Positions 20,376 to 30,106 of a stretch of DNA of 64,000 nucleotides are shown here, in pieces. The notes beneath the pieces are model-generated. The model was not told where the DNA came from. It saw nothing but the letters and a program-made list of their open reading frames with translations, and searched no databases. The position numbers and the translations under genes were made by a program. This stretch comes from a virus. The stretch's first letter is position 1. Each line of letters opens with the position of its first letter. The DNA lies in IMG/VR virus record IMGVR_UViG_3300022927_002861, positions 4,554 to 68,553 of that record. One strand, written 5' to 3'.

Positions 20376-21447
20376 AATAAATAAATTCTTATCTGAAAAA
20401 GATAATAAAAAGTATCATTACAATTTTTACGAAGAAGACGAATATAAAATTTCATCTGGTAGTATTAATTTGGATTTTGCATTAGGTGGTGGGCTTCCTT
20501 CAGGAGCTCACAGATTTACAGGAGTAAATGAAGGTGGGAAAACAAGCTGCGCATTAACTGTTGCCAAAAACTTTCAAGATCATTTCGGGGACAAAGGTAT
20601 GGTTGTTTATGTTCGCAGTGAAGGCAGATTAGCTAGAGAAGTTGTAGAAAGGGCTGGTCTAAACACTTCTCCTGAAAAATTTTTTAAATTTGATTGTAAT
20701 GTTTTTGAGAAAGTGTTTCAGTTGATAAGAGAGCTTGTCTTAGAAAACGAAGAAGATAAGAAATTTCTCTTCATTATTGATAGCGTTGATGCTTTGTGTA
20801 GAATTGGAGATATAGACAAGCCTTTTGATGAATCTGAGCAAGTCGCTGGAGGGGCATTAGTTACTTCAGTCTTTCTTAAAAAGATGGTTCTTCCTATAAC
20901 TAAAATGGGGCATATGATGATTCTCACTTCTCAGGTTAGGGTTGAAGTTGCCGCAAACCCATATGCTTCTAGAGGCGGACCTAAAGTTAAGCAAGCTGGA
21001 GGCAATGCAGTTAAACATTACTCAAACTTTATTCTTGAATTTCAAGAAAGGTATTCGAATGATATTATATATCCCAATCCTTCGGCCTCTAAAATAGAAG
21101 ATAAAGGAAACCCCATTGGACACTTTTGTAAAATTATTTTTCGAAAAAGCGTTAACGAAAAAACAGGGGCTGTAGTTAGATACCCAATAAGATATGGTAG
21201 AAAAAATGGCAAGAGCATATGGACTGAAAGAGAATTAATAGAGATGATGAAGTTATGGGGTTTTATAGAGCAAAAAGGAGCATGGATATCTTTCGATCAA
21301 GATGTTTTGGATTTGTTTTTATCTGCAAATTTGGAAGTGCCTGAGAAAGTTCAGGGGGAATCAAAGCTCTTGTCACTAATAGAAGAAAACGAATCTATTA
21401 AAGATATCATTCTCAATCATGTTAATTCAACCCTAGATGAAATTTAA
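20356..21447 (+). CDS. recA: RecA/UvsX-like recombinase
   Basis: 'ISSGSINLDFALGGGLP', Walker A 'GVNEGGKT', Walker B 'IIDSV', 'SQVR', 'GGNAVKHY', 'KGAWI'. Confidence 0.88.
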   Translation: MTETINKINKFLSEKDNKKYHYNFYEEDEYKISSGSINLDFALGGGLPSGAHRFTGVNEGGKTSCALTVAKNFQDHFGDKGMVVYVRSEGRLAREVVERAGLNTSPEKFFKFDCNVFEKVFQLIRELVLENEEDKKFLFIIDSVDALCRIGDIDKPFDESEQVAGGALVTSVFLKKMVLPITKMGHMMILTSQVRVEVAANPYASRGGPKVKQAGGNAVKHYSNFILEFQERYSNDIIYPNPSASKIEDKGNPIGHFCKIIFRKSVNEKTGAVVRYPIRYGRKNGKSIWTERELIEMMKLWGFIEQKGAWISFDQDVLDLFLSANLEVPEKVQGESKLLSLIEENESIKDIILNHVNSTLDEI

Positions 21448-21847
21448 GACTCTTCAAGGCAGTTTAAAGAGAGTTCCTAAAATTAAAAAATATTTAATTG
21501 ATTGGGATGAGCCGAGTAAAAGTAAATTACAATATTCTGTTAAGTCTTTCTTGCATGATTTTTGGAAAAACAATGTTGTTTTTGAAGAGTTTCCTGTGGC
21601 TGGAACTAGATTGTCTTTAGATTTTTACAACGCATCTAAATCTGTAGCTATTGAGGTTCAAGGGGCTCAACACAGACGATTTGTTTCTCATTTTCACGGA
21701 GGTCATAAATTAAATTACCTCGATCAAATAAGAAGAGACAAACAAAAATTAGAATTTTGCGAGCTTAATTCTATTAAATTAATAGAAGTTTATGATACAG
21801 ACAAATTATCAAAGGAATTATTTTTTAAATTAGGTCTTGATTTATAG
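21437..21847 (+). CDS. PD-(D/E)XK endonuclease (DUF559/Vsr-like)
   Basis: 'LDFY..VAIEVQGAQH..RRDKQKLEFCELNSIKLIEV'. Confidence 0.75.
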   Translation: MKFKTLQGSLKRVPKIKKYLIDWDEPSKSKLQYSVKSFLHDFWKNNVVFEEFPVAGTRLSLDFYNASKSVAIEVQGAQHRRFVSHFHGGHKLNYLDQIRRDKQKLEFCELNSIKLIEVYDTDKLSKELFFKLGLDL

Positions 21848-21858
21848 TGTATAAATAA

Positions 21859-22107
21859 ATGATGAATAGAGATTTAAATTCAATGCCTAAGTTTCAAATT
21901 CCAGAAACCTTCTTAGAACAATTGTATGAGTTTACGGGAAATAAAGAAGGTAATGCTGGTTTTGTATTGAGCTATGTTGATGATAACGGTAAAGCTCTTA
22001 TATATAGTAGAGCTAGTTGTGAAATTATAGACATGGGCTTGAGAAAAGCTTTAGAGCATTATTTAATTGAAAGAGAAGAGGGAGAAAGCTTAGGTAAAAA
22101 TCAATAA
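21859..22107 (+). CDS. Hypothetical protein
   Basis: 82-aa ORF preceded by GTGTATAAATA. Confidence 0.6.
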   Translation: MMNRDLNSMPKFQIPETFLEQLYEFTGNKEGNAGFVLSYVDDNGKALIYSRASCEIIDMGLRKALEHYLIEREEGESLGKNQ

Positions 22108-22111
22108 ATCA

Positions 22112-22140
22112 TTGACTGCGTTCTACAAATATGTTATTAT
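22112..22140 (+). promoter_or_regulatory. Sigma70-type promoter; probable leaderless dnaB mRNA
   Basis: TTGACT-17 nt-TATTAT with TGn; ATG follows after 6 nt. Confidence 0.65.
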
Positions 22141-22146
22141 ATTTGA

Positions 22147-23664
22147 ATGCAGTTATATAATTTAGATTTAGAAAAACATTTTTTAAGCGGTTTATTACAA
22201 AATCCAGAAAGCTATTTTGATATATCTTCTTTTTTCTCTAGTCGAGATTTTAGCACAGATCAAAGTTCTGTCCATAGTTCTTTATTTTCTGTAATTAAAT
22301 CTTTTATAGAGTTAAATCAAGATTTAGATCCATATTTAATATCTGAAAAAATAAAGGCTACAGGAATTTCTTTTGAGGATGGAATTAACCCTTTAGAATA
22401 TATACAGTCTTTATTTTTAAGAAAAGTATCTGCAAAATCTTTAATAGATACAGCAAGGGCTTTAAAGAAATTAACTCTTAAAAGAGATTTTTTCCAAACA
22501 GGGAAAGACCTCGCTACATCTATTGCGAAACTAGGCGATGCAGAATATGATGAAATAATATCGACTGCTGATCGCATATATAATTCAAGAATAAACCAAT
22601 ACGAAAATTCAGATAGTCTCCCAGTTAATATTTATGATTCCATGGAAAAGATGGTGGAAGATAGGGGGAATAACCCTATTGATGACTTTGGTCTCGTTGG
22701 TCCGCATCAAAGATTACATGAAATTTATGGGTCTTTACTTAGGCCAGGAAATATAACAGTTATTGTTGCTAGGTCAGGCATAGGGAAAACTCAATTTTGT
22801 ATGGATTTTTGTTCTAAAGTTTCGGCTATGAACGAAAATACACCCATTTTACATTTTGATAATGGTGAAATGAGTTTTGAGGAATTGACTAATAGACAAT
22901 GTGCGGCAATGTCTGGTGTTCCTCTTTCTTTAATTGAAAGTGGAAGGTGGAGGCATGCTGGAGATACAGTGGTTAATAAAGTTAGAGCAGTCTTTAAAAA
23001 AATTAAAGAATTAAAATTTTATTATTATAATTGCGGTGGTATGTCTGTAGATGAGATGGTTAATACCGTAAAAAGGTTTTATTATGCAAAAGTGGGTAGG
23101 GGCAATCAAATGATTTTTAGTTTTGATTATATAAAAACCACCTTTCAACCTTCTGGTAATAAAACTGAATGGCAGGTTGTGGGCGAGATGGTTGATCGTT
23201 TTAAACGTCTAATCGCCAAAGAAATATTATTTGAAAGAAATCCTGTGATATCTATGATCACGAGTGTTCAAATGAATAGGCTAGGTACAAGTAGAAATCG
23301 TAGTTCTGACAATATCGTGGAAGATGAAACTGTTGTGTCTTTATCGGATAGAATTACTCAATTTTGTTCGCATATGTTCTTGTTGAGAAGTAAAGAGCCT
23401 GAGGAAATATCTGAAGAAGGAAGTTTTGGAACACACAAGTTAACAAATATAAAAGCTAGACACTTAGGTCAAGATCCAATGGGTGAAATTGAGCCCGTTC
23501 AGATGGATGACGGAGTATTAAGAAGGAATTATATCAGTCTAAATTTCGAAAACTTTAATATTACTGAAGTTGGAGATTTGAGAGATCTAAGAAATCGATT
23601 AAGAGTATCTGGCATAGAGCCAGACCAAGACGGAGAGAACCAGTTACCTATATTATTTCAATAA
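22147..23664 (+). CDS. dnaB: Replicative DnaB-like helicase
   Basis: DnaB N-domain, Walker A 'ARSGIGKT', 'GEMS', 'FDYIK', 'VQMNR'. Confidence 0.88.
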   Translation: MQLYNLDLEKHFLSGLLQNPESYFDISSFFSSRDFSTDQSSVHSSLFSVIKSFIELNQDLDPYLISEKIKATGISFEDGINPLEYIQSLFLRKVSAKSLIDTARALKKLTLKRDFFQTGKDLATSIAKLGDAEYDEIISTADRIYNSRINQYENSDSLPVNIYDSMEKMVEDRGNNPIDDFGLVGPHQRLHEIYGSLLRPGNITVIVARSGIGKTQFCMDFCSKVSAMNENTPILHFDNGEMSFEELTNRQCAAMSGVPLSLIESGRWRHAGDTVVNKVRAVFKKIKELKFYYYNCGGMSVDEMVNTVKRFYYAKVGRGNQMIFSFDYIKTTFQPSGNKTEWQVVGEMVDRFKRLIAKEILFERNPVISMITSVQMNRLGTSRNRSSDNIVEDETVVSLSDRITQFCSHMFLLRSKEPEEISEEGSFGTHKLTNIKARHLGQDPMGEIEPVQMDDGVLRRNYISLNFENFNITEVGDLRDLRNRLRVSGIEPDQDGENQLPILFQ

Positions 23665-23666
23665 TT

Positions 23667-24734
23667 ATGTCGTCTAAAGTAGATTACAAAAACACCTTAA
23701 TATCTTTAGGTTATTCCTTGCAAGATAGGGGGGATTATTGGCAAACAAATGCCTTATTCAGAAAAGGAGATAATAGAACAGCCATCCAAATATGGAAAGA
23801 TTCTGGAGTATGGAAAGACTATGTTGAAAATTCTCCTTTCATGCCTTTCAATAAACTAGTTCAACTCACTCTTGGATCAACAGATTCTGAATTAACTAAT
23901 CAATCTCTACAGTTTAGCTCTGATCCTTTATTACACTCAAATTATTATATTAAAACTTATATAGAAATGGAAAAAACATACCCAGAATCATACTTAGATA
24001 GATTACTGCCTCATTTTTCTTTTTATGAAGATAGAGGTATATCTACTGAAATTTTAAAAAAATTTAAATGCGGGTTAAGTACAGAAGGAAAAATGTATCA
24101 AAGAATTATTTTTCCTATATATGGCCTTCAAAATCAAATACATGGATTTTCAGGTAGAGACATATCTAAATATAAAGATAGGCCGAAATGGAAGCATATA
24201 GGCATTAAAACAAAATGGATTTACCCACATCATCTTTCAGCACCCTATATATCGTCTTCTAAAGAAGTTATATTAGTAGAAAGCATTGGTGATGTTTTAA
24301 ATTTATACCAGAATGGCATATATAATGTCTTATGTTGTTTTGGCACAATGGCTTCTGCTTCTGTTTGTTCTTACCTTTCAGCTTTTAGCATTAATAAAGT
24401 TGTGATTGCTTTTAATAATGATCATGATAAAGAATTGAATGCGGGTCTAGAAGGCTCTATAAAAACTTTTTATAGATTATTAAATGTGTTTGATTATGAC
24501 AAAATAATTATTCACTTACCATTTCGAAATGATTTCGGAGATATGAACTCTGAAGATTTATTAGCCTGGAAAAACGATAAAGATAATTTATCATATGATT
24601 ACGAACAAGTTATACAAAAGTCTGAGTTTATGATCAAAAAGGGTAGATCAAGCAAAGACTTTATAAATAACTTAAATAAATTAAAAAAAATATTAAAAGA
24701 AAATGACTTCTTCGAACGTCTTATCAGCAAGTAA
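23667..24734 (+). CDS. dnaG: DnaG-like TOPRIM primase
   Basis: 'RIIFPI..GFSGRD..PKWKH', 'VILVESIGD', 'IAFNND', 'NDFGDM'. Confidence 0.82.
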   Translation: MSSKVDYKNTLISLGYSLQDRGDYWQTNALFRKGDNRTAIQIWKDSGVWKDYVENSPFMPFNKLVQLTLGSTDSELTNQSLQFSSDPLLHSNYYIKTYIEMEKTYPESYLDRLLPHFSFYEDRGISTEILKKFKCGLSTEGKMYQRIIFPIYGLQNQIHGFSGRDISKYKDRPKWKHIGIKTKWIYPHHLSAPYISSSKEVILVESIGDVLNLYQNGIYNVLCCFGTMASASVCSYLSAFSINKVVIAFNNDHDKELNAGLEGSIKTFYRLLNVFDYDKIIIHLPFRNDFGDMNSEDLLAWKNDKDNLSYDYEQVIQKSEFMIKKGRSSKDFINNLNKLKKILKENDFFERLISK

Positions 24735-25764
24735 AATCAAAACTTTACAGACTTGTACATGGAAGTATTGGTGCTCTTATGTATTAAAAATACCTCAAGA
24801 ATCTAATTCTGGGGCTAGTAGAGGTTGGATATCCCATTTAATATTCGAATTGCTCGGAGAAAAGAAACATTACAAGAAATATAAAAAAATAATAAATAGC
24901 GGAACTACATATGCTTGCAATTCTGTTTACAGATTAATTAAATATCATGCAAAAAAGCTAGATGTTTACAATGAAGAAGATATGGAGTTGATAGACTGTT
25001 TTATAATGCGAGGCTTGTTGTATGATTTTTTTGGCAAAGATCATAAAAAACCAAGTAAAGCAATTTCAGAACAAGATTTTAATCTTCAAATAGAAGAAGA
25101 TGGAAAATCATACTCCATGAGAGGTTTTATTGATAAACTTTTTATTTACGACAAGGGGTCTCATGCACTCATTAGAGATTTTAAAACAAGCAAACAAAAA
25201 TTCAAAGGCAAGGAAATAACAGATAACCTGCAAAATTTAATGTATTGTCTGGCCGTAAAGAAGCTTTTCCCTAAAGTTAAAACTATTGATGTTGAATTTC
25301 TTTTTTTAAAATTCTCCCTAGATAGTGATTTGCTTGGTGGAGATGGCCCTGGAGTTATGAAAATGGAAAGAATTTCAGATCTAGAGTTAGAAGGTTTTGA
25401 GTATCAACTTACAGCGATTAATGATTATTTAGATGGTTTTACTGAAGATGATGCCAAAAGTGGTTATGCGGCCACACAACCATATCCTGCAGATGGCACA
25501 TTTGGGGGACCCCTTGCTTGCGGAAAAGAAGGCTTTAAAAAGTCGAGAGGAGAATTTGTTTTAGATAAAGAAGGCAATAAAATCCCTAATTTTATATGCG
25601 ATTGTCGTTTACCTTTTGATTATTATGAATTATTAGATTTAAATGGCGATCTAGTTAGCACTTCCAAGTGTGTCCCATCAGAAGTTCAAACTGGATTTAG
25701 TGTTGTTAAAAAAAAATACCCAGGATGCCCTCATTTTTTTGAAAAAAATAATTTTCTCGTGTAA
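24703..25764 (+). CDS. RecB/Cas4-like PD-(D/E)XK exonuclease
   Basis: 'LSASKIKT..CTWKYW', 'RGFIDKL', 'IRDFKTS', 'QNLMY', C-terminal cysteines. Confidence 0.8.
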   Translation: MTSSNVLSASKIKTLQTCTWKYWCSYVLKIPQESNSGASRGWISHLIFELLGEKKHYKKYKKIINSGTTYACNSVYRLIKYHAKKLDVYNEEDMELIDCFIMRGLLYDFFGKDHKKPSKAISEQDFNLQIEEDGKSYSMRGFIDKLFIYDKGSHALIRDFKTSKQKFKGKEITDNLQNLMYCLAVKKLFPKVKTIDVEFLFLKFSLDSDLLGGDGPGVMKMERISDLELEGFEYQLTAINDYLDGFTEDDAKSGYAATQPYPADGTFGGPLACGKEGFKKSRGEFVLDKEGNKIPNFICDCRLPFDYYELLDLNGDLVSTSKCVPSEVQTGFSVVKKKYPGCPHFFEKNNFLV

Positions 25765-25772
25765 TATTTTGT

Positions 25773-25880
25773 ATGGCAGTACTAAGAGATAAAAAAACCA
25801 ATACCTTGCTTTTTGTCAAGGGTCCCCTTTTATTAAAGAAAAAACACAGCACTTTAAAATTTAGAGCTGTAGAATCTTAA
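25773..25880 (+). CDS. Small 35-aa basic ORF absent from the ORF track
   Basis: MAVLRDKKTNTLLFVKGPLLLKKKHSTLKFRAVES*; fills the intergenic gap; GTGTA 9 nt upstream. Confidence 0.55.
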   Translation: MAVLRDKKTNTLLFVKGPLLLKKKHSTLKFRAVES

Positions 25881-25885
25881 TTGAT

Positions 25886-27886
25886 ATGAGTAGAGTTATA
25901 CCACATAAGTCAAGAGGAGCAGGGATTTCTTATGTCCAGAGCCCAGCTCAACCAAGGAAAGATAACTGGAAAGATACTGCTCCTCCAGGAGTTATTGTTA
26001 AACAGGCTGGCTTTGGAAATAGTACTCCTAGCGCCGCATTTACCAACGCCTACGGTCAAACTAGTTCATTACTAGGTCACAAAGGTGTTCCTCAACCTAT
26101 AGAGATTGAGGATATATATTCTGACATTGAAGTCAGATACCCAGCTAAACGTCATAAAAGCTTAGGTTATTTTAATGGAGGGTTTCCTTTTTTGTTGCCA
26201 AATACTTCTGATTATTTACAGCCTCCAGTAAACGAAATATTTATTAATGGCTCTCGTGTAGATTCACCTTCTAGAAATGTTGGTATAGCAAAACAGTACA
26301 ATACAGGAATTTATGTAGAAAACCTAAACCCTAGTCAAGGTCATCTTGGTGGAGGATTTCCTATTTCAGCAAGCACTATTAGTGGTAGTGGTTTTTATCA
26401 AGGTTACGATTTTGATGCCAAAATAGTTACTGTAAATAACTTTTTTAATTTAGCTTGTATCGAGACCGATTTCGTTATAAGAACCATTAAAGCTCCAGCT
26501 GGATACGAGACTGGTTATTGTTATAATTCAGATGACACCAGTGAAGAAGGCTTACAATATGTAACACAAGATTGGGAGGTTGTAAATTCTTATGATGAAA
26601 CTGCTTATTTACCGAATTTAAGGCAATATCCCGATGAAACTGGAGTCCATAGTGAAATTTCTATCTCAGATAATGGCTTGATGGATGCGACTGGATTGAA
26701 TTATTCATCAATTCATATAACTGGAGAAGACATCGGGCCCAATGCTGATTTTTTTGTTCCGATTACAATTCAGCCAGATAATACAGGGGCTTTCGTAATT
26801 ACTTTAGATGAAGGTGTTGCTGAGTATTTTGAGTTATTACCTAGTTATGGAAATAAAAAAGCATTCAACTGTAATATGATGTTTGATTTTCAAATAGGGT
26901 CGAGAGATCATGAAGGATTCGAAAGATCAACTATAGATTATCACATTTTTCCAACTAAAGCTTATATAGTTCCAGCCTTGAATTGGGATTTCGAAGTTGT
27001 CTCTTCCAAGGTAAAAGGTATATATTATCAATATCCTTTTTTGAAGAACGCTCGTTATGCAGGTGATAACGCTAGCTTCATAGATAAAAGAATGCCTGAA
27101 AACAGTACGCCTCTTGTTTTCCCTTATTCTTTAACCACTTCAACCGTTTATGGATCTTATGAAATAAATTATAACGGTATTAATTATACTCACGCTCCTT
27201 TTGAGGTTAGACCGAATTATTTAAATAATTTTTATGGAACTCATTATATTCTCGAAGACTCATTAACTTATCTATCTCCCACTAAAAAACTTTTGTCAGA
27301 TTCTGAAACTCAATCAAATACATATATTCAAAAGTTTATTAGTAATGGTGATTATTCAACTGATGGCTGGGGTAGTGATCCATTGACATTTAGAGCTATA
27401 GCTAGAAATGCATCAAAATTAGAAGTTGAATTGATGACAGAACATTATCAGGGCAAAAGTCTTGATGAAGACTCTGGAAAAAAAGATATCTATAAGTTCA
27501 AAGCTTCGGATTTTACATTATCACCTTATTCGTTTGGAGGCATTAATAATAGTCCTTTTGTTAACAGCAATTTAGATCCAGATGAAAATCCATATAAACG
27601 AAGACAATTTAATAACAGAAGGTTGCCTGAATTAGGTATTTCTTCACACGTTATAGCTCAGAAAATAAAAGATTTAACTTACCCACTTCCAGACTTTAGA
27701 AAGATTGGCTCTGCTGGATCTATAGAAAATATAAGAGCTGGCAGAGAAGCTATTTCAAGCGAACAAGATGCTTCAGAACTTACTCTTAATAAGCTTTATA
27801 AAGAGCGTTCCGACGACACACTACTTCCTAAATTCCCTAAGCCTACAACACCACCTCGTGCTGTGTTCAGGACGACTGCAATGTAA
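25886..27886 (+). CDS. Large hypothetical protein, possibly virion-associated
   Basis: 666 aa, rich in G/S/T/N/Y, unlike the Lys-rich neighbours. Confidence 0.55.
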   Translation: MSRVIPHKSRGAGISYVQSPAQPRKDNWKDTAPPGVIVKQAGFGNSTPSAAFTNAYGQTSSLLGHKGVPQPIEIEDIYSDIEVRYPAKRHKSLGYFNGGFPFLLPNTSDYLQPPVNEIFINGSRVDSPSRNVGIAKQYNTGIYVENLNPSQGHLGGGFPISASTISGSGFYQGYDFDAKIVTVNNFFNLACIETDFVIRTIKAPAGYETGYCYNSDDTSEEGLQYVTQDWEVVNSYDETAYLPNLRQYPDETGVHSEISISDNGLMDATGLNYSSIHITGEDIGPNADFFVPITIQPDNTGAFVITLDEGVAEYFELLPSYGNKKAFNCNMMFDFQIGSRDHEGFERSTIDYHIFPTKAYIVPALNWDFEVVSSKVKGIYYQYPFLKNARYAGDNASFIDKRMPENSTPLVFPYSLTTSTVYGSYEINYNGINYTHAPFEVRPNYLNNFYGTHYILEDSLTYLSPTKKLLSDSETQSNTYIQKFISNGDYSTDGWGSDPLTFRAIARNASKLEVELMTEHYQGKSLDEDSGKKDIYKFKASDFTLSPYSFGGINNSPFVNSNLDPDENPYKRRQFNNRRLPELGISSHVIAQKIKDLTYPLPDFRKIGSAGSIENIRAGREAISSEQDASELTLNKLYKERSDDTLLPKFPKPTTPPRAVFRTTAM

Positions 27887-28104
27887 AATTCTAAAAAGGA
27901 GATTTCGATATTAGAGGTAATGGAAAAGAATCGGTAGACCTAGATGAGGTTTTAATCGTTGGAAGTGAAATTGGCGACTCATATGTCTTGCCTCAGTTTA
28001 CATTCGTAAACGGCAATAGAGTCATTTCTAAACCAGTAAGAAGCTCATACCTTTTCAGAAAATTAAAAGAAGAAGAAAACAATCAAGAACAAAAGGAGGA
28101 TTAG

Positions 28105-29322
28105 ATGAAATACCTATTATTAGGGTCAGCTGTTTTTTTATCATCAATAGCTGCTTATTTTAGTATAGCAGGTTTAATAACTATATTTCCAGGAGCTATA
28201 ATATCAATTATAGTCATGGCATTTGGTTTAGAGTTGGCTAAAATTGTAGTCGCGGTGTGGTCTCACACTAATTGGGATTTAATTTCTAGATTAACTAAAC
28301 TTTATTTATCTTTTGCTGTTATAGTCTTAATGGCTATAACCAGCACTGGGATTTTTGGATTTTTAAGTAAATCTCATATAGAACACAATTCAAACATATC
28401 ATTTCTTGAACAGTCTCTATCTGAAACAGAAAGAAAAATCCAGTTAGAGAACGAAATTATATCTCGAATTAAATCTCTTATTGACGAAAAAAAAGTGTCA
28501 ATGTCTCAAGACAAAAACTCTAATAAAGATTCCCGATCCTCTATAGAAGCACAAATTCAATCTATATACGAGAGAGAAGACTCTAGAATTCAACAAATAA
28601 ATTCAGAAATCAAATCAAATAAAGAGAGGCTTACTGTTTTAGATGATCAACTTAATCAACTGAGAAATCAAAAAACAGGATTCTTCTCTAGCAATAAATC
28701 TAAAATCGAAAAATTAGAACAAAGCCAATCTAAAGAAAGAGAATATATTTCATCTCAAATTGAGTCTTTAAACAATTCTATCGCAGAAACAAGAAATGCC
28801 TCAAAGAAAGAGTCCGATCTTTTACGAGAAAAAATATCTCAACTTAGCTCTCAAAAATACGAGATAGATCCACAAGATTTAAAGTTTATTGAAGAACAAC
28901 AGGTTTTAATTAATAATGCCTTGCAATCTATAGAAAATTTAAATTTAAAAAAATTTGAAGCAGAGAGTAAAGTTTTAAAATTCGAGAACGAACTCGGGCC
29001 TATAAAATACATTTCAGAACTAGTTAATGATCTAACAGGAAGCGATCTTGATACTGAATTTGCGGTTAGAATAGTGATAGTTTTACTGGTTTCTGTGTTT
29101 GACCCGTTAGCTATTGTGATGATAGTTTGCGCCTATAAAGACATACACAGAAATCAAAACCCCGAATCTGCTATAGGGTCTTTTGTTGAAGAGAGTGAAG
29201 CCGTAAAAGAAGAACCAAATCCAACGAAATACCCAGAAGAGAAATCAAAAAAAATTCTGGATTATAAATTTGACCCAGCAAAAAAGATCTGGCAAAAAAT
29301 TTCCAGAAGAAAATATCCTTGA
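28105..29322 (+). CDS. Membrane protein with long coiled coil
   Basis: Three N-terminal TM helices ('SIAAYFSIAGL', 'GIFGFLSKSH'), coiled coil, 'ELGPIKYI', C-terminal TM 'VFDPLAI'; AGGAGG upstream. Confidence 0.75.
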   Translation: MKYLLLGSAVFLSSIAAYFSIAGLITIFPGAIISIIVMAFGLELAKIVVAVWSHTNWDLISRLTKLYLSFAVIVLMAITSTGIFGFLSKSHIEHNSNISFLEQSLSETERKIQLENEIISRIKSLIDEKKVSMSQDKNSNKDSRSSIEAQIQSIYEREDSRIQQINSEIKSNKERLTVLDDQLNQLRNQKTGFFSSNKSKIEKLEQSQSKEREYISSQIESLNNSIAETRNASKKESDLLREKISQLSSQKYEIDPQDLKFIEEQQVLINNALQSIENLNLKKFEAESKVLKFENELGPIKYISELVNDLTGSDLDTEFAVRIVIVLLVSVFDPLAIVMIVCAYKDIHRNQNPESAIGSFVEESEAVKEEPNPTKYPEEKSKKILDYKFDPAKKIWQKISRRKYP

Positions 29323-29347
29323 TTTTTATTTTGTTTTATGGTATGAT
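29319..29347 (+). promoter_or_regulatory. Sigma70-type promoter; probable leaderless mRNA for the polymerase operon
   Basis: TTGATT-17 nt-TATGAT with TGn; ATG follows after 6 nt. Confidence 0.6.
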
Positions 29348-29353
29348 CTTTTC

Positions 29354-30106
29354 ATGCCTAAAATATTGCCTTTATTCAAATCTCATTATTCTATAGGCAA
29401 GAGTATTTTGCGTAATGATTTAAAGTCTTACGAAACACATCCAGACTTAAATATTTTCAATTTAGCTAAAACACACAACCTAAATGAAGTCACTATCGTA
29501 GAAGACTCCATGACTGGCTTCTTAGAGTCCTTAAAAACTTCAGAACAGCTAAACATCAATCTTCAATTCGGATTAAAAATTTTCTTAAATATCGACTCTG
29601 ATAACTCTTGCTTAGGTTCTAAATATATAATTTTTTCAAAAAATCAGCAAGGATGTAAGTTATTAAATAAAATTTCAAGCGAATCTTCTTTCAAAGAAAA
29701 ATTTTCTTTAGAGAACTTGAAGCAATTATGGAGTAATGATGACCTTATAATGGGGATACCTTTTTATGATTCTTTCTTATTTCAAAATCTTATGTTTTTT
29801 GATTCTTGTATTCCTGATTTTTCTTTTTGCGATCCTGTGTTTTTTACTGAAGATAATGGGCTTCCTTTTGATCATACAATATTTGACTCTATAAATGTTT
29901 ATTGTGAAAAATATGGATATGAAATTTACCCAACAAAAAGCATTTATTATAACAAAAAATCGGATTTTAAAGCATATCAGACATATAAATGTATTTGTAA
30001 TAGATCTTCTAATTATAAATCTATATCATTAGAGTCTCCAAATTTAGATCATTGTTCTAGTAATGAATTTTGCTTTGAAAGCTACTTAGAAAATGAAAGC
30101 GCTTAA
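29354..30106 (+). CDS. Stand-alone PHP domain of DNA polymerase III alpha (split DnaE N-terminal part)
   Basis: 'PLFKSHYSIGKSI', 'IVEDSMTGF', 'IIFSKNQQGCKLLNKISS' match the DnaE PHP pattern; start moved to ATG 29354. Confidence 0.8.
   Translation: MPKILPLFKSHYSIGKSILRNDLKSYETHPDLNIFNLAKTHNLNEVTIVEDSMTGFLESLKTSEQLNINLQFGLKIFLNIDSDNSCLGSKYIIFSKNQQGCKLLNKISSESSFKEKFSLENLKQLWSNDDLIMGIPFYDSFLFQNLMFFDSCIPDFSFCDPVFFTEDNGLPFDHTIFDSINVYCEKYGYEIYPTKSIYYNKKSDFKAYQTYKCICNRSSNYKSISLESPNLDHCSSNEFCFESYLENESA

Noticed and set aside
24703-25764. Cas4-like nuclease as evidence of CRISPR-Cas
   Set aside because: No repeat-spacer array or other cas genes were seen; stand-alone nucleases of this type are common in phage replication blocks
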